From the NCBI GenBank assembly GCA_005809105.1, contig SYLI01000018.1, positions 195 through 64,194 on the forward strand: 64,000 nt of DNA, read 5' to 3'. The notes beneath the pieces were generated by a model. It searched no databases and was not told the origin of the DNA. It was given only the letters and a program-made list of their open reading frames with translations. Positions within the stretch are counted from its first letter, which is position 1. Every line of letters starts with the position of its first letter. A program made the translations under genes and the position numbers. Source of the DNA: Verrucomicrobiales bacterium. Lineage in GTDB: Bacteria; Verrucomicrobiota; Verrucomicrobiia; Limisphaerales; UBA1100. Of this stretch, positions 36,117 to 45,855 are shown one piece after another.

Positions 36117-37577
36117 CTACTGGGCGGGGATTTCGTTGAGCGTGTAGTACGCTTCCGCGTGGAGCAGGGGAAGCCCGGCGGCCGAGCGCACACCCGCAGC
36201 GCGCAGTTCGTGCACATGGCCTTTGACAAGGCCGCTCACTTCGAGGCGCACGCTGCGTCGGTCGGCGGCCACCGTGGCCTTCACCACCTTGGGCGTGGCC
36301 TTGTCCACCTCGGGGCTGCCGTAGTCGGCGCGGTACATGTAGGTGTAGGCCTCCATGGCGTAGGAGGCCGTGTCGGCTGCGGACTTCGCGTCCACCTCAT
36401 GCGTGAAGGTCAGTTCAAATCCCTCTGGCTTGGCGCGCATCTCGTGAATCTCAAAGGGCACCTTGCCGGTCCAGTTGACGCGTTCGAGCGCGAATCGCTT
36501 GCCACCGCGGGCTCCCCATCCGCGGTCGGTTCCGCCAACAAAGCACGCGCCCTCGGGCGTCATCATGACCGTCAGGTTGCCCGATCCGAAGCCCTTGCGA
36601 AACAGAATGGCTGCGCCCTGATAGACGCCATTGACCTTCTCCAAAAAGACACGGCTGAGCGTCGAGGCGGTCTGGTCGCCCACCAGCAGCTGATTCTTGA
36701 AGGGGCCAAACTTGCCCGTGCCGTCGAAGGCGAACCCACTGCTGGAATTGCCCAGCTTGCCATGCGGCAGGACACACGCGGGGGGAACCAGCTCCTTCAC
36801 ACGCTGACGCTCGGCAACCATGCGGCTATTGGTGTTGGGTTTGACGGGCGCCTTGCCCAGCGCCGCCTTCACCGCGGGCAGGTCGAACCACTTGAATCCG
36901 TCGGGATGGCCTTGGAACGATCCGGGCACGAGGTGTTTGAGTGAGCTCGATCCATTCCACGGCCCTTGGTTGTCGGTGTAAAACACCTCTCCCAGATGGT
37001 TGAGGCCGATGCCGCCGGGCGAACGGATGCCGCTGGCAGTGGGGATGAGCCTGCCGTCGGGAGTGACGCGCACGCACCAGCCGCGGTAGTCGATGTTGCT
37101 GTTAAAAGAGCCGGTCAGGCACAGCACCACCCAGATGTTGCCGTCCTTGTCGTGGCGCGAACCAAAGGCGTATTCGTGGTAGTCGCCGGTGATGCCCCAG
37201 CCATCGTTGAGCGTCTCAAACTGGTCGGCGCGGCCATCGCCGTTGGTGTCCTTCATGCGGGTGACCTCGCCGCGTTGCGTGGCGTAGAGCCAGCCATCTT
37301 TGGCGGCAAGGCCCAGAGGCTCGTGCAGTCCGTCGGCGTACAGGCTAAACTTCATGTCGCCGGGTTTTCCCAGCGGCTGATCCACCATGTAGAGATTGCC
37401 GCGGCGCCCACATACCGCCAGCTTGCCGTCGGGCATCATTTCCAGACCGCTCGCCTCCAGCACCACGGCCTCCGGGATGGGGAGGATGGTGATGGGATAA
37501 TAGTCCTCCTCCTTCGGAAGATCGGCGGCGCCCGCGAATCCCGCGGCCAGAATGACGGATGCGAAAAGTGCTTTCAT
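36117..37577 (-). CDS. Secreted beta-propeller protein (sorbosone/glucose dehydrogenase-like; DUF7133-type)
   Basis: Signal peptide (MKALFASVILAAGFAGAA). GLHEPLGL and DTNGDGRADQ motifs. Conserved neighbour of PVC-type CxxCH proteins. Confidence 0.65.
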   Translation of the reverse strand: MKALFASVILAAGFAGAADLPKEEDYYPITILPIPEAVVLEASGLEMMPDGKLAVCGRRGNLYMVDQPLGKPGDMKFSLYADGLHEPLGLAAKDGWLYATQRGEVTRMKDTNGDGRADQFETLNDGWGITGDYHEYAFGSRHDKDGNIWVVLCLTGSFNSNIDYRGWCVRVTPDGRLIPTASGIRSPGGIGLNHLGEVFYTDNQGPWNGSSSLKHLVPGSFQGHPDGFKWFDLPAVKAALGKAPVKPNTNSRMVAERQRVKELVPPACVLPHGKLGNSSSGFAFDGTGKFGPFKNQLLVGDQTASTLSRVFLEKVNGVYQGAAILFRKGFGSGNLTVMMTPEGACFVGGTDRGWGARGGKRFALERVNWTGKVPFEIHEMRAKPEGFELTFTHEVDAKSAADTASYAMEAYTYMYRADYGSPEVDKATPKVVKATVAADRRSVRLEVSGLVKGHVHELRAAGVRSAAGLPLLHAEAYYTLNEIPAQ

Positions 37578-37588
37578 GGTCGGTTCCA

Positions 37589-39133
37589 TTATTCAAATTC
37601 CCACTGGTACTGCTGGCGCAAGACGATCTTGCCATCCACTTTCAGCGGCACCACCAGTTCCTTGCGTCCACCGTTGGTGCGCAGGATGGGCGCAGAGGGT
37701 GCGCCGGTGAGTGTGATCTTGAGATCTTTGCCGACTTTCCAGCCGCCCTCCTTGGGCACGAGGTCGGCGTGCGCCGCGGCGAGATACCAAGTCTGGCCGC
37801 TGCCGGTGAGGGTGAGCTGTCGGGTGAAGCCGGGCTTCTCGCCGCCCTGCGGAATGAAGTAGTCCTCCACCAAAACTGCGCCGGCGCGGTAGCGGAACAC
37901 CGGCCGCTGTTGTTCGACCAGCTGGTAGCCCAAAAATCGCAAGTCTGCCACGCGCCCTTCAGCATTCTTGAGCTTTGGCCACGGCGCGCCCGCGGCGTCC
38001 AGCGTGGCAAAGGCCTGATCTCGCGCCAAGGGTATGGTGTAGTAGCCCGACGGGGGCTGAAAGCCCACGCCGCGGTCGCGCCAGTGGCGGGCTCCGTCCA
38101 TGAACGCGCCCTGCCAGATCAACGCGACCTGCATCGTGTTCGCATCGAAGCACAGGTTCACCTTCTCGGGATAACCAACGCCAATGCCCCGCGGGCTGGC
38201 GCCCTCGATGAAGTTTCTGTACATGACGGCCTCGCCACCGGCGGCCTCAATCGGGATTCCCGTAGGGTGCCCTTTGGCGGTCGATGTGGTCGTTGCGCCT
38301 GCCGAAAGGGCGAGATTTTTGATGCCCGGCCCGGACACGCTCACGGAGAGTTCCTCGCCGCCGGTCTTTTCAAAGTACTCCACGCGCACCTTGTGGGTGC
38401 CCTGCGTGAGCTTGACCTGCCCGGCCTTTTCCGCCGGCGGATGCACGCCATCATGGTTCACCACCACCTTGCCATCCACCGAAAGGCGGGAGCCGTCGTC
38501 GGACATGATGCGGAAGGAATAATCGCCAGCCTTCGACGCCTCAAAATCGCCTTCAAACACCATCGCAAAGGACTCATTGGCCTTGGCCAGCCGGATGTCG
38601 ATGAGGCCGCTGGGAACAGCGCCGCTGCCCGCCGCCTTGAGCTTTGCAAAATCGGGAAGTTTGTCCCAGTCGCCGGAGTACGTGGTGTAGGTGAGGTTTT
38701 TAAGGGCACCCTTGCCCGTGATCCCCGCCGACGGCTGTCCCAGCGAGCGCACGAACGCCGCCAGCGCCAGCATCTCCTCGTCGTTGACGCCGGGTACCTG
38801 CGGCATCGCCGCCGCCGCGCCCACCACGACCAGCTTGCCCGGGTCGCGGATGGATTCCAGAAAGTACGCGTCGTCAAACTTCACCTTCTGCTTTGCGCCG
38901 CCAAAGCCCACCGTCACCTCGCGTTCCTGTCCCCAAAACGACCCCAGAAACGCGGGCGCCTTGAGTGCCACGCCCGCCAGCGCCGGCTTGTCGGGATGGT
39001 ACTGGTGGCACTGGGCGCAGATTTTTGATTCAAAGAGCAGCGCCCCTTTGGCGGCCAGCGCGGGATCGTCCGCGGCGCCGCACCACAGCGTGGCCGCCAC
39101 GGCCAGGCATCCGGTGATGATGCGATGATTCAT
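37589..39133 (-). CDS. c-type cytochrome fused to a PA14 domain
   Basis: Start at ATG 39133 with a signal peptide. CAQCH haem motif near the N-terminus. PA14-like segment (YTTYSGDWDKLPDF...DYSFRIMSDDGSRLSVDGKVVVNHDG). Confidence 0.7.
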   Translation of the reverse strand: MNHRIITGCLAVAATLWCGAADDPALAAKGALLFESKICAQCHQYHPDKPALAGVALKAPAFLGSFWGQEREVTVGFGGAKQKVKFDDAYFLESIRDPGKLVVVGAAAAMPQVPGVNDEEMLALAAFVRSLGQPSAGITGKGALKNLTYTTYSGDWDKLPDFAKLKAAGSGAVPSGLIDIRLAKANESFAMVFEGDFEASKAGDYSFRIMSDDGSRLSVDGKVVVNHDGVHPPAEKAGQVKLTQGTHKVRVEYFEKTGGEELSVSVSGPGIKNLALSAGATTTSTAKGHPTGIPIEAAGGEAVMYRNFIEGASPRGIGVGYPEKVNLCFDANTMQVALIWQGAFMDGARHWRDRGVGFQPPSGYYTIPLARDQAFATLDAAGAPWPKLKNAEGRVADLRFLGYQLVEQQRPVFRYRAGAVLVEDYFIPQGGEKPGFTRQLTLTGSGQTWYLAAAHADLVPKEGGWKVGKDLKITLTGAPSAPILRTNGGRKELVVPLKVDGKIVLRQQYQWEFE

Positions 39134-39277
39134 ACGTATTTCAGATTTTGGAAATCCGGCCCGGCAGTCTGCCCGCCGACCTTCCGCCAGGCAAGCGACA
39201 AGCTTCGCGGAAGGGCGAACCCTCAATCGGACGGAGAAACCGCCCGGGCATTCAGAGAGGCGCGCACTCCGCTTGAG

Positions 39278-39841
39278 TCACGGCGCACGCCCCTTAGGCT
39301 TGTCCCCCCATCGGTCCACCTTGATGTCGCCATTCTCGTCAAAGACACGGTCGCGCACCTGCGCGCCCTTCTCCCACGTCTTCTCCCAGTTCACCTTCCC
39401 GTTCTCGTAATAGGCGCTGAGCTGTCCTGTGCCCTCCGCGGCGCGAGTGGCTTCCTTGCCATCGGGCAGGTACGTGGTGCCGCGCACAAACCGGCCCTGT
39501 GCGTAATCCAATTCGGTCCGCAGTTGGCCAGTGGAAAACCAGGTTCGCTGCACTCCATGCAGCTGGTTGTTATGATAGCGAAGCTGGGTCTTCTCCTTGC
39601 CATTGGCATGAGTGCCCGTAAACAAACCCTCGCGACGGCCTCCCACCACGTTCCCGGAAAATCCCTCGCCCGCGCTGGTGTACTGGAATTTCCCGTCGTA
39701 GAGCCGCTGGGTGCCCCGGTGGTAGTACAGCCCGTCGTCGCGCTGCTCCCAGCCGGTGTTTTCGCCCTGGGGCGCCACACACGCCACGCAAAGAAGCGAG
39801 ACCAGCGCGATCCCTCCACGAATCCACGAGTTCATGCTCAT
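39278..39841 (-). CDS. MORN-repeat lipoprotein (YwqK-like)
   Basis: Start at ATG 39841 (MSMNSWIRGGIALVSLLCVAC, lipobox). Repeated G.....Y..G.L.G motifs. ATGA overlap with the upstream Sel1 gene stop. Confidence 0.65.
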   Translation of the reverse strand: MSMNSWIRGGIALVSLLCVACVAPQGENTGWEQRDDGLYYHRGTQRLYDGKFQYTSAGEGFSGNVVGGRREGLFTGTHANGKEKTQLRYHNNQLHGVQRTWFSTGQLRTELDYAQGRFVRGTTYLPDGKEATRAAEGTGQLSAYYENGKVNWEKTWEKGAQVRDRVFDENGDIKVDRWGDKPKGRAP

Positions 39842-42222
39842 TCCTGCAAGGCGATGAATTCGTTGATCACTTTGCGCGCCTCCTCCACCTGCGGCGGACC
39901 CACCACCGCGGCCAGCGCGCGCAACGACTTGGTGGCTTCGGGATGGCTCTGTACCGCCGCCAGGCCCCACCACTTGAACGCCTGCACCAAGTCCACCGCC
40001 ACGCCTTCTCCCTTGAAGTAGTGGTTGCCCAGATTGTTTTGAGCATCGCGGTTGCCCTGCTCGGCGGCACGGCGAAACCACTGGACGGCGGCAGCATGAT
40101 CTTGCGCCACGCCCTGGCCGCTGGCAAAGCGCGCCCCCAGATTGTTCTGCGCCGGAGCGCAACCAGCGGCAGCCGCCTTCTGATACCATCCCACGGCTTG
40201 GGATGCGTCGGGCGCCACGCCCTTGCCCTGATCGAAGCGAAGGCCAAGATTAAATTGCGCGTCGCGGTAGCCGCCGGCGGCAGCCTTCCGATACCATTCC
40301 AGCGCGCCCACCGGATCGGCAGCGACGCCATCGCCTGATTCCAGCTTCACGGCCAGGTGATTCTGCGCGGCCGCATGGCCTTGATCGGCGGCGCGCCGGT
40401 AGAGACGCAGCGCCTCGGCGTCGTCCTGCGGCAGGCCCGGCGGGCCTTCGTCGTGACGGCAGGCAAGGTAGAACTGCGCACCCGCATGACCAGCCTCGGC
40501 AGCCTTGCGAAGCCAGTCTCGCGAGGACTGCTCGTTCTTCTCCACCGACTGGCCCAACGCGAGATGGATACCCAGATGGAACTGGGCCGTGGCGTTGCCT
40601 TCGGCCGCCAGCTTCTGGGCCACGGTCAGCGGGATGAGGCGCGCGGGCTGTCCCATCTGCAGGAGGTAGGTGATGTCGCGATGCTGCTGCGCCGCGGCAC
40701 CGCGCGCGTGCGCGGCGACGTAAAGCGGTTTCATCCGAGCCAGCCGCGCCTGCCACTCGCGGGCGAGGGTGAGGTCGCTCTCGGTGCCCACTCCTTCCTG
40801 CAGGCGCCGGGCCGTTTCCTGTATGGAGTTGGAGTCACCCCCCTCGGCGGAGCGCAGGTACCAGCGGGTGGCTTCGCGGTTGTCCGGCTCGATCCCGTTG
40901 CCTGAGGCGTAGTGGCGCGCCAGCAGGGATTGCGCGCCGGTGTGATCCTGTTCGGCCGCCTTGCGCAGCCATTGATTGGCGGTCTTGGTGTCCTGATCCA
41001 CGCCCTGCCCGTGAAGGTGTTTAAGAGCCAGCGCGAACTGGCCCTCGGCGTTGTCCTGCTCGGCGGCCTTGCGGTGCCACTTGGCGGCCTCCACCAGATC
41101 CTGCATCACGCCCTGTCCGCTGGCGTAGAGGTAGCCCAGCGTATTCTCCGCCGGGGCGTACTTCTGATCGGCGGCGCGCCGATACCACTTCAGGCATTCG
41201 TCCATGTTGGCTTCCAGCCCCCATCCGTAGCGGTACATGTTGCCCAGGCTCAGCTGGGCGCGGGCGTTGTTGCGCGAGGCTTCATCCACCAGTTCGGGCA
41301 GCAGTGCCTCAAAGTATCCGCGGGCCCGTTCGGCGTCTTGTGGAACATTGGTGCCGCGCGCATAGTGCATGCCCAGATAGTAGCGGCCCCACAAGTGTTG
41401 GTTGGCGGCGGCGCGCTGGTACCAGCGAATGGCTTCCTCATCGTCGCGCGCCACGCCGCGGCCATTCACATACTGGATGGCGATGTTGAACTGGGCGGAG
41501 GAATGTTCCTTGTCGGCCGCGCGGCGGTACCATTGCAGCGCCTTGGCATAGTCGGCCGGCGCCCCCCAACCCGAGGCGTACATGAGGCCCACCAAGTTTT
41601 GCGCGTCGGCGTCGTTGTCCTTCTCGGCCAGCGCCTGCAGCGCCTTGAGGCTCTCGGCAAACAACTGGTCGGAGCGGGCCTTGTCGCGCGGGGCGCCGTC
41701 GCCCTGCGAGAGGTGGTAGGCCAGAACATACTTGGCCCGCGCCATGCCCAGATCGGCGGACTTGGTGTACCACTTCAATCCCTCGGCCTTGTCCTGCGGC
41801 ACGCCGGTGCCATCAAAAATGATGTCGCCGGCCATCCATGCGGCGTAGGCGTCGCCGGCGTCCGCCAGCTTCTTTAGGGCGGGCAAAGCCTGCGCGAGCA
41901 ACGCATTGCCCTTTTCAATATCGCGCGCCACGGCGATTCCCGCGCGCATATGGGCGGCGGCCTGATACTGCCCCTTGGGGTGCTGCTGCGCCGACGATTT
42001 TTGCGCCCACTGCCAGGACGCGTTGTGATCGATGGCGGTGTTCCGGCCAAACGCCAGCGCGTCGCAAAGCAGCCACTGCGATTGGGCGTCTCCGGCCGCC
42101 GCCTTGGCTTGAAGGGTAATGAGCTCCGGCGGCAGCGCCGGCTTGGCACCGGGGGCTCCTGAGATCCCAAGCGTTGTGATTCCCATCAAGGCCGGCAGTC
42201 CCCAACGCAAAGCCCAGTTCAT
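39838..42222 (-). CDS. Sel1-repeat (SLR/TPR-like) protein, secreted
   Basis: Signal peptide. Many consecutive ~36-aa Sel1-type units (A..WY.KAA.QG...AQ..LG..Y..G.GV..D...A..W). Confidence 0.85.
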   Translation of the reverse strand: MNWALRWGLPALMGITTLGISGAPGAKPALPPELITLQAKAAAGDAQSQWLLCDALAFGRNTAIDHNASWQWAQKSSAQQHPKGQYQAAAHMRAGIAVARDIEKGNALLAQALPALKKLADAGDAYAAWMAGDIIFDGTGVPQDKAEGLKWYTKSADLGMARAKYVLAYHLSQGDGAPRDKARSDQLFAESLKALQALAEKDNDADAQNLVGLMYASGWGAPADYAKALQWYRRAADKEHSSAQFNIAIQYVNGRGVARDDEEAIRWYQRAAANQHLWGRYYLGMHYARGTNVPQDAERARGYFEALLPELVDEASRNNARAQLSLGNMYRYGWGLEANMDECLKWYRRAADQKYAPAENTLGYLYASGQGVMQDLVEAAKWHRKAAEQDNAEGQFALALKHLHGQGVDQDTKTANQWLRKAAEQDHTGAQSLLARHYASGNGIEPDNREATRWYLRSAEGGDSNSIQETARRLQEGVGTESDLTLAREWQARLARMKPLYVAAHARGAAAQQHRDITYLLQMGQPARLIPLTVAQKLAAEGNATAQFHLGIHLALGQSVEKNEQSSRDWLRKAAEAGHAGAQFYLACRHDEGPPGLPQDDAEALRLYRRAADQGHAAAQNHLAVKLESGDGVAADPVGALEWYRKAAAGGYRDAQFNLGLRFDQGKGVAPDASQAVGWYQKAAAAGCAPAQNNLGARFASGQGVAQDHAAAVQWFRRAAEQGNRDAQNNLGNHYFKGEGVAVDLVQAFKWWGLAAVQSHPEATKSLRALAAVVGPPQVEEARKVINEFIALQE

Positions 42223-42298
42223 GGCAGCGGAGTCTACCGGTGGGGGTTGCCCTTGTCCGCAAGAAATTGCTGGGCAAAACGTGTGAGACGGCCGGGCC

Positions 42299-42334
42299 CA
42301 AAAAAGGGCGGCGGCCGCCTCGGGTGAGACCGCC
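42299..42334 (-). terminator. Candidate intrinsic terminator downstream of the FAD oxidoreductase gene
   Basis: The minus strand reads GGCGGTCTCACCCGAGGCGGCCGCCGCCC followed by TTTTTT: a GC-rich self-complementary GGCGG/CCGCC segment plus a T-run. Lies ~150 nt after the stop at 42482. Confidence 0.35.
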
Positions 42335-42481
42335 TTGGGATTTGCGTCAGGGGGCGCCTTGGTTTATGCGCGCCCAAGTGCGGGCGGGGGGCGTCTCAAC
42401 CCCGCTCGTCATTCAATCAATCGCAAGTCTTCTATCGGCTGCTGCGCGCCTCACTTTAAACCAAAGGGCGTGCGCGTTTAT

Positions 42482-43642
42482 TTAGCCAGCTCGGGCACCC
42501 TCTCTGGAAGGTGCCGTAGGACTGCGCCACGCGAATGGGCCTGCCCATGGATTGGGAACACGCTCCACGACATCGGCAATTAGAGCGCCCATGACGGGTG
42601 CAAATTTGAACGCATGGCCGCTGTCTCCGGCAGCCACCACAAGGCCGGGGCGTTGCGGATCGTGGTCAATCCAGAACCGGCCATCAAAGGTGTCGCAGTA
42701 AAGACAGGTGTGGCTGGAGATGAGCGGCGCGTGTGCGATGTTGGGAAATGTGGCCGCTATGAATTCTCGGAACTGAGCCTCCACACCCGGCCCGATCACG
42801 CGCGGTGCATCTGGCGGTACGCGCCGCCCCTTGCCGTGGTGAGCGATCTTGAGCGTGCCATCCTCAAGCGCGGGAAATCCGTACCAGCCTGTGCGGGAGA
42901 TGTCGGCTGCCCACACGGGAAAACGTGGTGCCTGCCACGCCGCGGGAATAGGCACTTTGAAATGTAGCACCGGCTGGGCCGTGGCCCACATCACGTCTTT
43001 GAGGAATGGAAGTGCCGAGGGAGTCCACGCCCCGACGCACATCAACACGGCGTCGGCGCGCATCACCGTGCCGTCGGCAAATTCCGCGCCCACCACACGG
43101 GAGCTGCGTTCCTGCAGGCGCGCGAATGGACACGTCGTTCGCAGGTTCACCCCCGCGGCTTGGGCGTCGCGGGAAAGTTGGGCGATGACCTCGCCACTTT
43201 CCACCCAGCCCGCGTGCGGATTGAAGTAGCCGCCATCGTAACTTGCCGTGCCCCAAGCCGGGTACTCGGCGCGCAAGGTGGCTGCATCGAGTTTCCGCAG
43301 GGGAAAACCCAGACGCGAGAGTGCATGGAAGCTCTCATGCTCAAATCCGCCCGGCTCCATCGGCCCGCGGCGCAGCACGAGGAAGCCGTCCTCGTGAAAG
43401 AGTGTGCGCCGCCATTGCCGGTTCCATTGCCGCCAACCCGCAAGGCTGGCGCTGCCCATCGCGGTGTGCGTTTCATCCGCACCGTAGTCGGCGCGCACCA
43501 CCTTGCTGATATCGGTGGAGGCTGCCGTGGGGCGGGGCAGGGCACCCGTGTCGGCCAGCGTGACGTGCCAATGTCGCCGTCGCAGTTCCAACGCCGCCGT
43601 CAGTCCGAACATTCCGGCACCGAGGACAAGGATGGAACGCAT
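42482..43642 (-). CDS. FAD-dependent oxidoreductase (DAO/sarcosine-oxidase-like)
   Basis: N-terminal ILVLGAGMFGLTAALEL dinucleotide-binding motif and C-terminal AGDSGHAFKF motif. Start at ATG 43642 (alternative 43660). Confidence 0.8.
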   Translation of the reverse strand: MRSILVLGAGMFGLTAALELRRRHWHVTLADTGALPRPTAASTDISKVVRADYGADETHTAMGSASLAGWRQWNRQWRRTLFHEDGFLVLRRGPMEPGGFEHESFHALSRLGFPLRKLDAATLRAEYPAWGTASYDGGYFNPHAGWVESGEVIAQLSRDAQAAGVNLRTTCPFARLQERSSRVVGAEFADGTVMRADAVLMCVGAWTPSALPFLKDVMWATAQPVLHFKVPIPAAWQAPRFPVWAADISRTGWYGFPALEDGTLKIAHHGKGRRVPPDAPRVIGPGVEAQFREFIAATFPNIAHAPLISSHTCLYCDTFDGRFWIDHDPQRPGLVVAAGDSGHAFKFAPVMGALIADVVERVPNPWAGPFAWRSPTAPSREGARAG

Positions 43643-43694
43643 GACTTGGGTGGAGAGCATTCCACATTCAGCCGCCGATGGCACTCCCTCGAGG

Positions 43695-44609
43695 CTAGCG
43701 TTGCGCGCGGGCCGCTTGCGAAGGCCCGGGTTGCAACCGATCGCGGCCATCCACCGTCACTGGGCCGGAGATTTTCACCGCCACGGGCGTGCCCTCCTCC
43801 ATGACACTTCCTTCAAGGATCATCAATCCGCCCAATTGGCCGCTCACCATGGCGTGGGTCGCGAGCGAACGGTAGAGCGTGCCCTCCAGCACCATGGAGA
43901 TTTCCATCTGATTTCCGGCGGGATCCTTTATGGCGCCCCGTGCGTCGATGTGCAGCTCCAGCCGCGCGCAGCGTTCGCCTCCGTGCTGGGTGATGTCCCG
44001 AAGCGTCAGCTTTGCCTGACCGGTGGAGCGCAAGAGGTCGTGTCCCAGCCATCGCTTGGCGGCGGCGGCGTCCACCGTCCATGATTCGCCCACGCGCACG
44101 GCGCGGGCGGGCCACAGCTCATCTTCGAATCCGCCGGCCAGTTCGTCCAGCGCCAGCGACTGCTCCTTGCTGGGCTTCCCCTCGGCGAGGTGGAATTGCC
44201 ACCGGGCAGCGGACTTGTCGCCGACGACGGTGAGACCGTGAAGGGGGCCCTTCTCCGTCTCCACATCCTCCTTGCCGCCGAACACACGCGTGATGGCCAG
44301 CGTGTCCTCAGCGTAATGGAGTTTCACGCGGCGCGGCTGCACTCCGTCGGTGGAGACGAGCTCGTGTTCCAGCACCTGACGGCCGCGCATCTCCATCCGG
44401 CCCTGAACGGTCTGGTCGCCGAAGGTGATGAGCACGTTGCCTTCGGGAAACCCAAAGCGCATCTCTGAACGCATCACGCTGCCCGCGGTGCGGACAGGAC
44501 CGCGCAGGTCGTACGTGGTCGTTTGCGGTGGCGCGGTGGCACAGGCTTGGAGAAGGGCGGCGGCGATGAGGACACTCCCTCCCAACTGCGTTTTGCTCGC
44601 GGGCACCAT
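43695..44609 (-). CDS. Hypothetical lipoprotein
   Basis: Start at ATG 44609. Signal peptide with lipobox (AAALLQA-C). I recognise no family. Confidence 0.5.
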   Translation of the reverse strand: MVPASKTQLGGSVLIAAALLQACATAPPQTTTYDLRGPVRTAGSVMRSEMRFGFPEGNVLITFGDQTVQGRMEMRGRQVLEHELVSTDGVQPRRVKLHYAEDTLAITRVFGGKEDVETEKGPLHGLTVVGDKSAARWQFHLAEGKPSKEQSLALDELAGGFEDELWPARAVRVGESWTVDAAAAKRWLGHDLLRSTGQAKLTLRDITQHGGERCARLELHIDARGAIKDPAGNQMEISMVLEGTLYRSLATHAMVSGQLGGLMILEGSVMEEGTPVAVKISGPVTVDGRDRLQPGPSQAARAQR

Positions 44610-44777
44610 TATCTCTTTGCCTCCTTGCGAACCGGTCCGAAGGGACACGGCCGGGGCGCACAATGGCCGATTTTGACACCTGGGTAAAGCCGATTTTCCC
44701 CGTCCGACGCGCGGGCTTACGCTATCGGAAAGGGTTGACTTGCCGGCGGGCTTTTGGAGTGCTTAGCAACTTCTGTG

Positions 44778-45830
44778 ATGAAACAGGTTACTGACTTGCG
44801 CATTGACGGCATGGTCGCGCTGCCCACGCCTGCGGCGTTGGCGCGCGAGGTGCCGCGCACGGAAGCCCAAGCCGAACTCGTGGCGCAGGCCCGTCAGCAA
44901 ATCCACGCCATCATCCACCGGCAGGATCCGCGCCTGCTCGTGGTCGTGGGGCCCTGCTCCATTCACGACCTGGGTGGCGGCCGCGAGTACGCCGCGCGGC
45001 TGGCGGCGCTCGCGACAGAGCTGGGGGATCGGCTGCTCATCGCCATGCGCGTGTACTTCGAGAAGCCGCGCACCTCCACCGGTTGGAAGGGGCTGATCAT
45101 GGATCCGCATCTTAACGACACCTGCGACATTCCCGAAGGTCTGCGGCAGGCGCGAGGGTTTCTCGCCGAGGTGCTGGATCTGGGCCTGCCCACCGCCACC
45201 GAGCTGCTCGATCCCATCACGCCGCAGTACATCGCCGATTCGCTGTGCTGGGCGGCCATCGGTGCCCGCACGGTGGAATCGCAAACACACCGGCAGATGG
45301 CCTCGGGACTTTCGATGCCCATTGGTTTTAAGAATTCCACCTCCGGCGAGTTGATCACGGCCGCCAACGCCATCACCGCCGCCGGTCAGCGCCAGACTTT
45401 CCTGGGCATCAACGAAGACGGGCTGGCCGCCGCCGTCACCACCAGCGGCAACCCCGACTGCCATCTCATCCTGCGTGGCGGCGCCAGCGGGCCCAATTTT
45501 GACTCCACGCACGTGGGCCGCGCGACGGCCATGCTCCAAGGGCGCGGGCTCACCGCCTCGGTGATGGTGGACGCAAGCCACGGCAACAGCGGCAAGGATG
45601 CCGAACGCCAGGCCGTGGTGCTTGACGATGTGCTGGCACAGGTCTCCGCGGGAAACCGGCATCTCATCGGGGTGATGCTGGAGAGTAATCTGGCCGCGGG
45701 CAGCCAGCCCTTCCCGGTGCCGCGGGAGGCGCTGCGCTACGGCGTCTCCATCACCGACGCCTGCATCGGGTGGGACACCACCCAACGCCTGCTGCGCCGC
45801 GCGCACGGTGCGCTGGCCGCCCGCTTCTAA
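44778..45830 (+). CDS. 3-deoxy-7-phosphoheptulonate (DAHP) synthase, class I
   Basis: Class I alpha pattern: DLRI...LPTP..L, VVVGPCSIHD, YFEKPRT..GWKG, and KNSTSG...A in the C-terminal barrel. Confidence 0.9.
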   Translation: MKQVTDLRIDGMVALPTPAALAREVPRTEAQAELVAQARQQIHAIIHRQDPRLLVVVGPCSIHDLGGGREYAARLAALATELGDRLLIAMRVYFEKPRTSTGWKGLIMDPHLNDTCDIPEGLRQARGFLAEVLDLGLPTATELLDPITPQYIADSLCWAAIGARTVESQTHRQMASGLSMPIGFKNSTSGELITAANAITAAGQRQTFLGINEDGLAAAVTTSGNPDCHLILRGGASGPNFDSTHVGRATAMLQGRGLTASVMVDASHGNSGKDAERQAVVLDDVLAQVSAGNRHLIGVMLESNLAAGSQPFPVPREALRYGVSITDACIGWDTTQRLLRRAHGALAARF

Positions 45831-45855
45831 AGGTACGGCCAAAGAAAGGGACGCC

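Noticed and set aside
42223-42481. The 259-nt intergenic region between the Sel1 gene and the FAD oxidoreductase, examined for a tRNA, small RNA or riboswitch.
   Set aside because: I could find no cloverleaf-compatible arms or T-loop (GTTCRANYC) and no recognisable riboswitch core by eye. I retained only a weak terminator-like element.
44664-44777. A possible promoter or attenuator upstream of the DAHP synthase gene (TTGACT at about 44737).
   Set aside because: I found no convincing -10 hexamer at proper spacing and no leader peptide or terminator-antiterminator structure.
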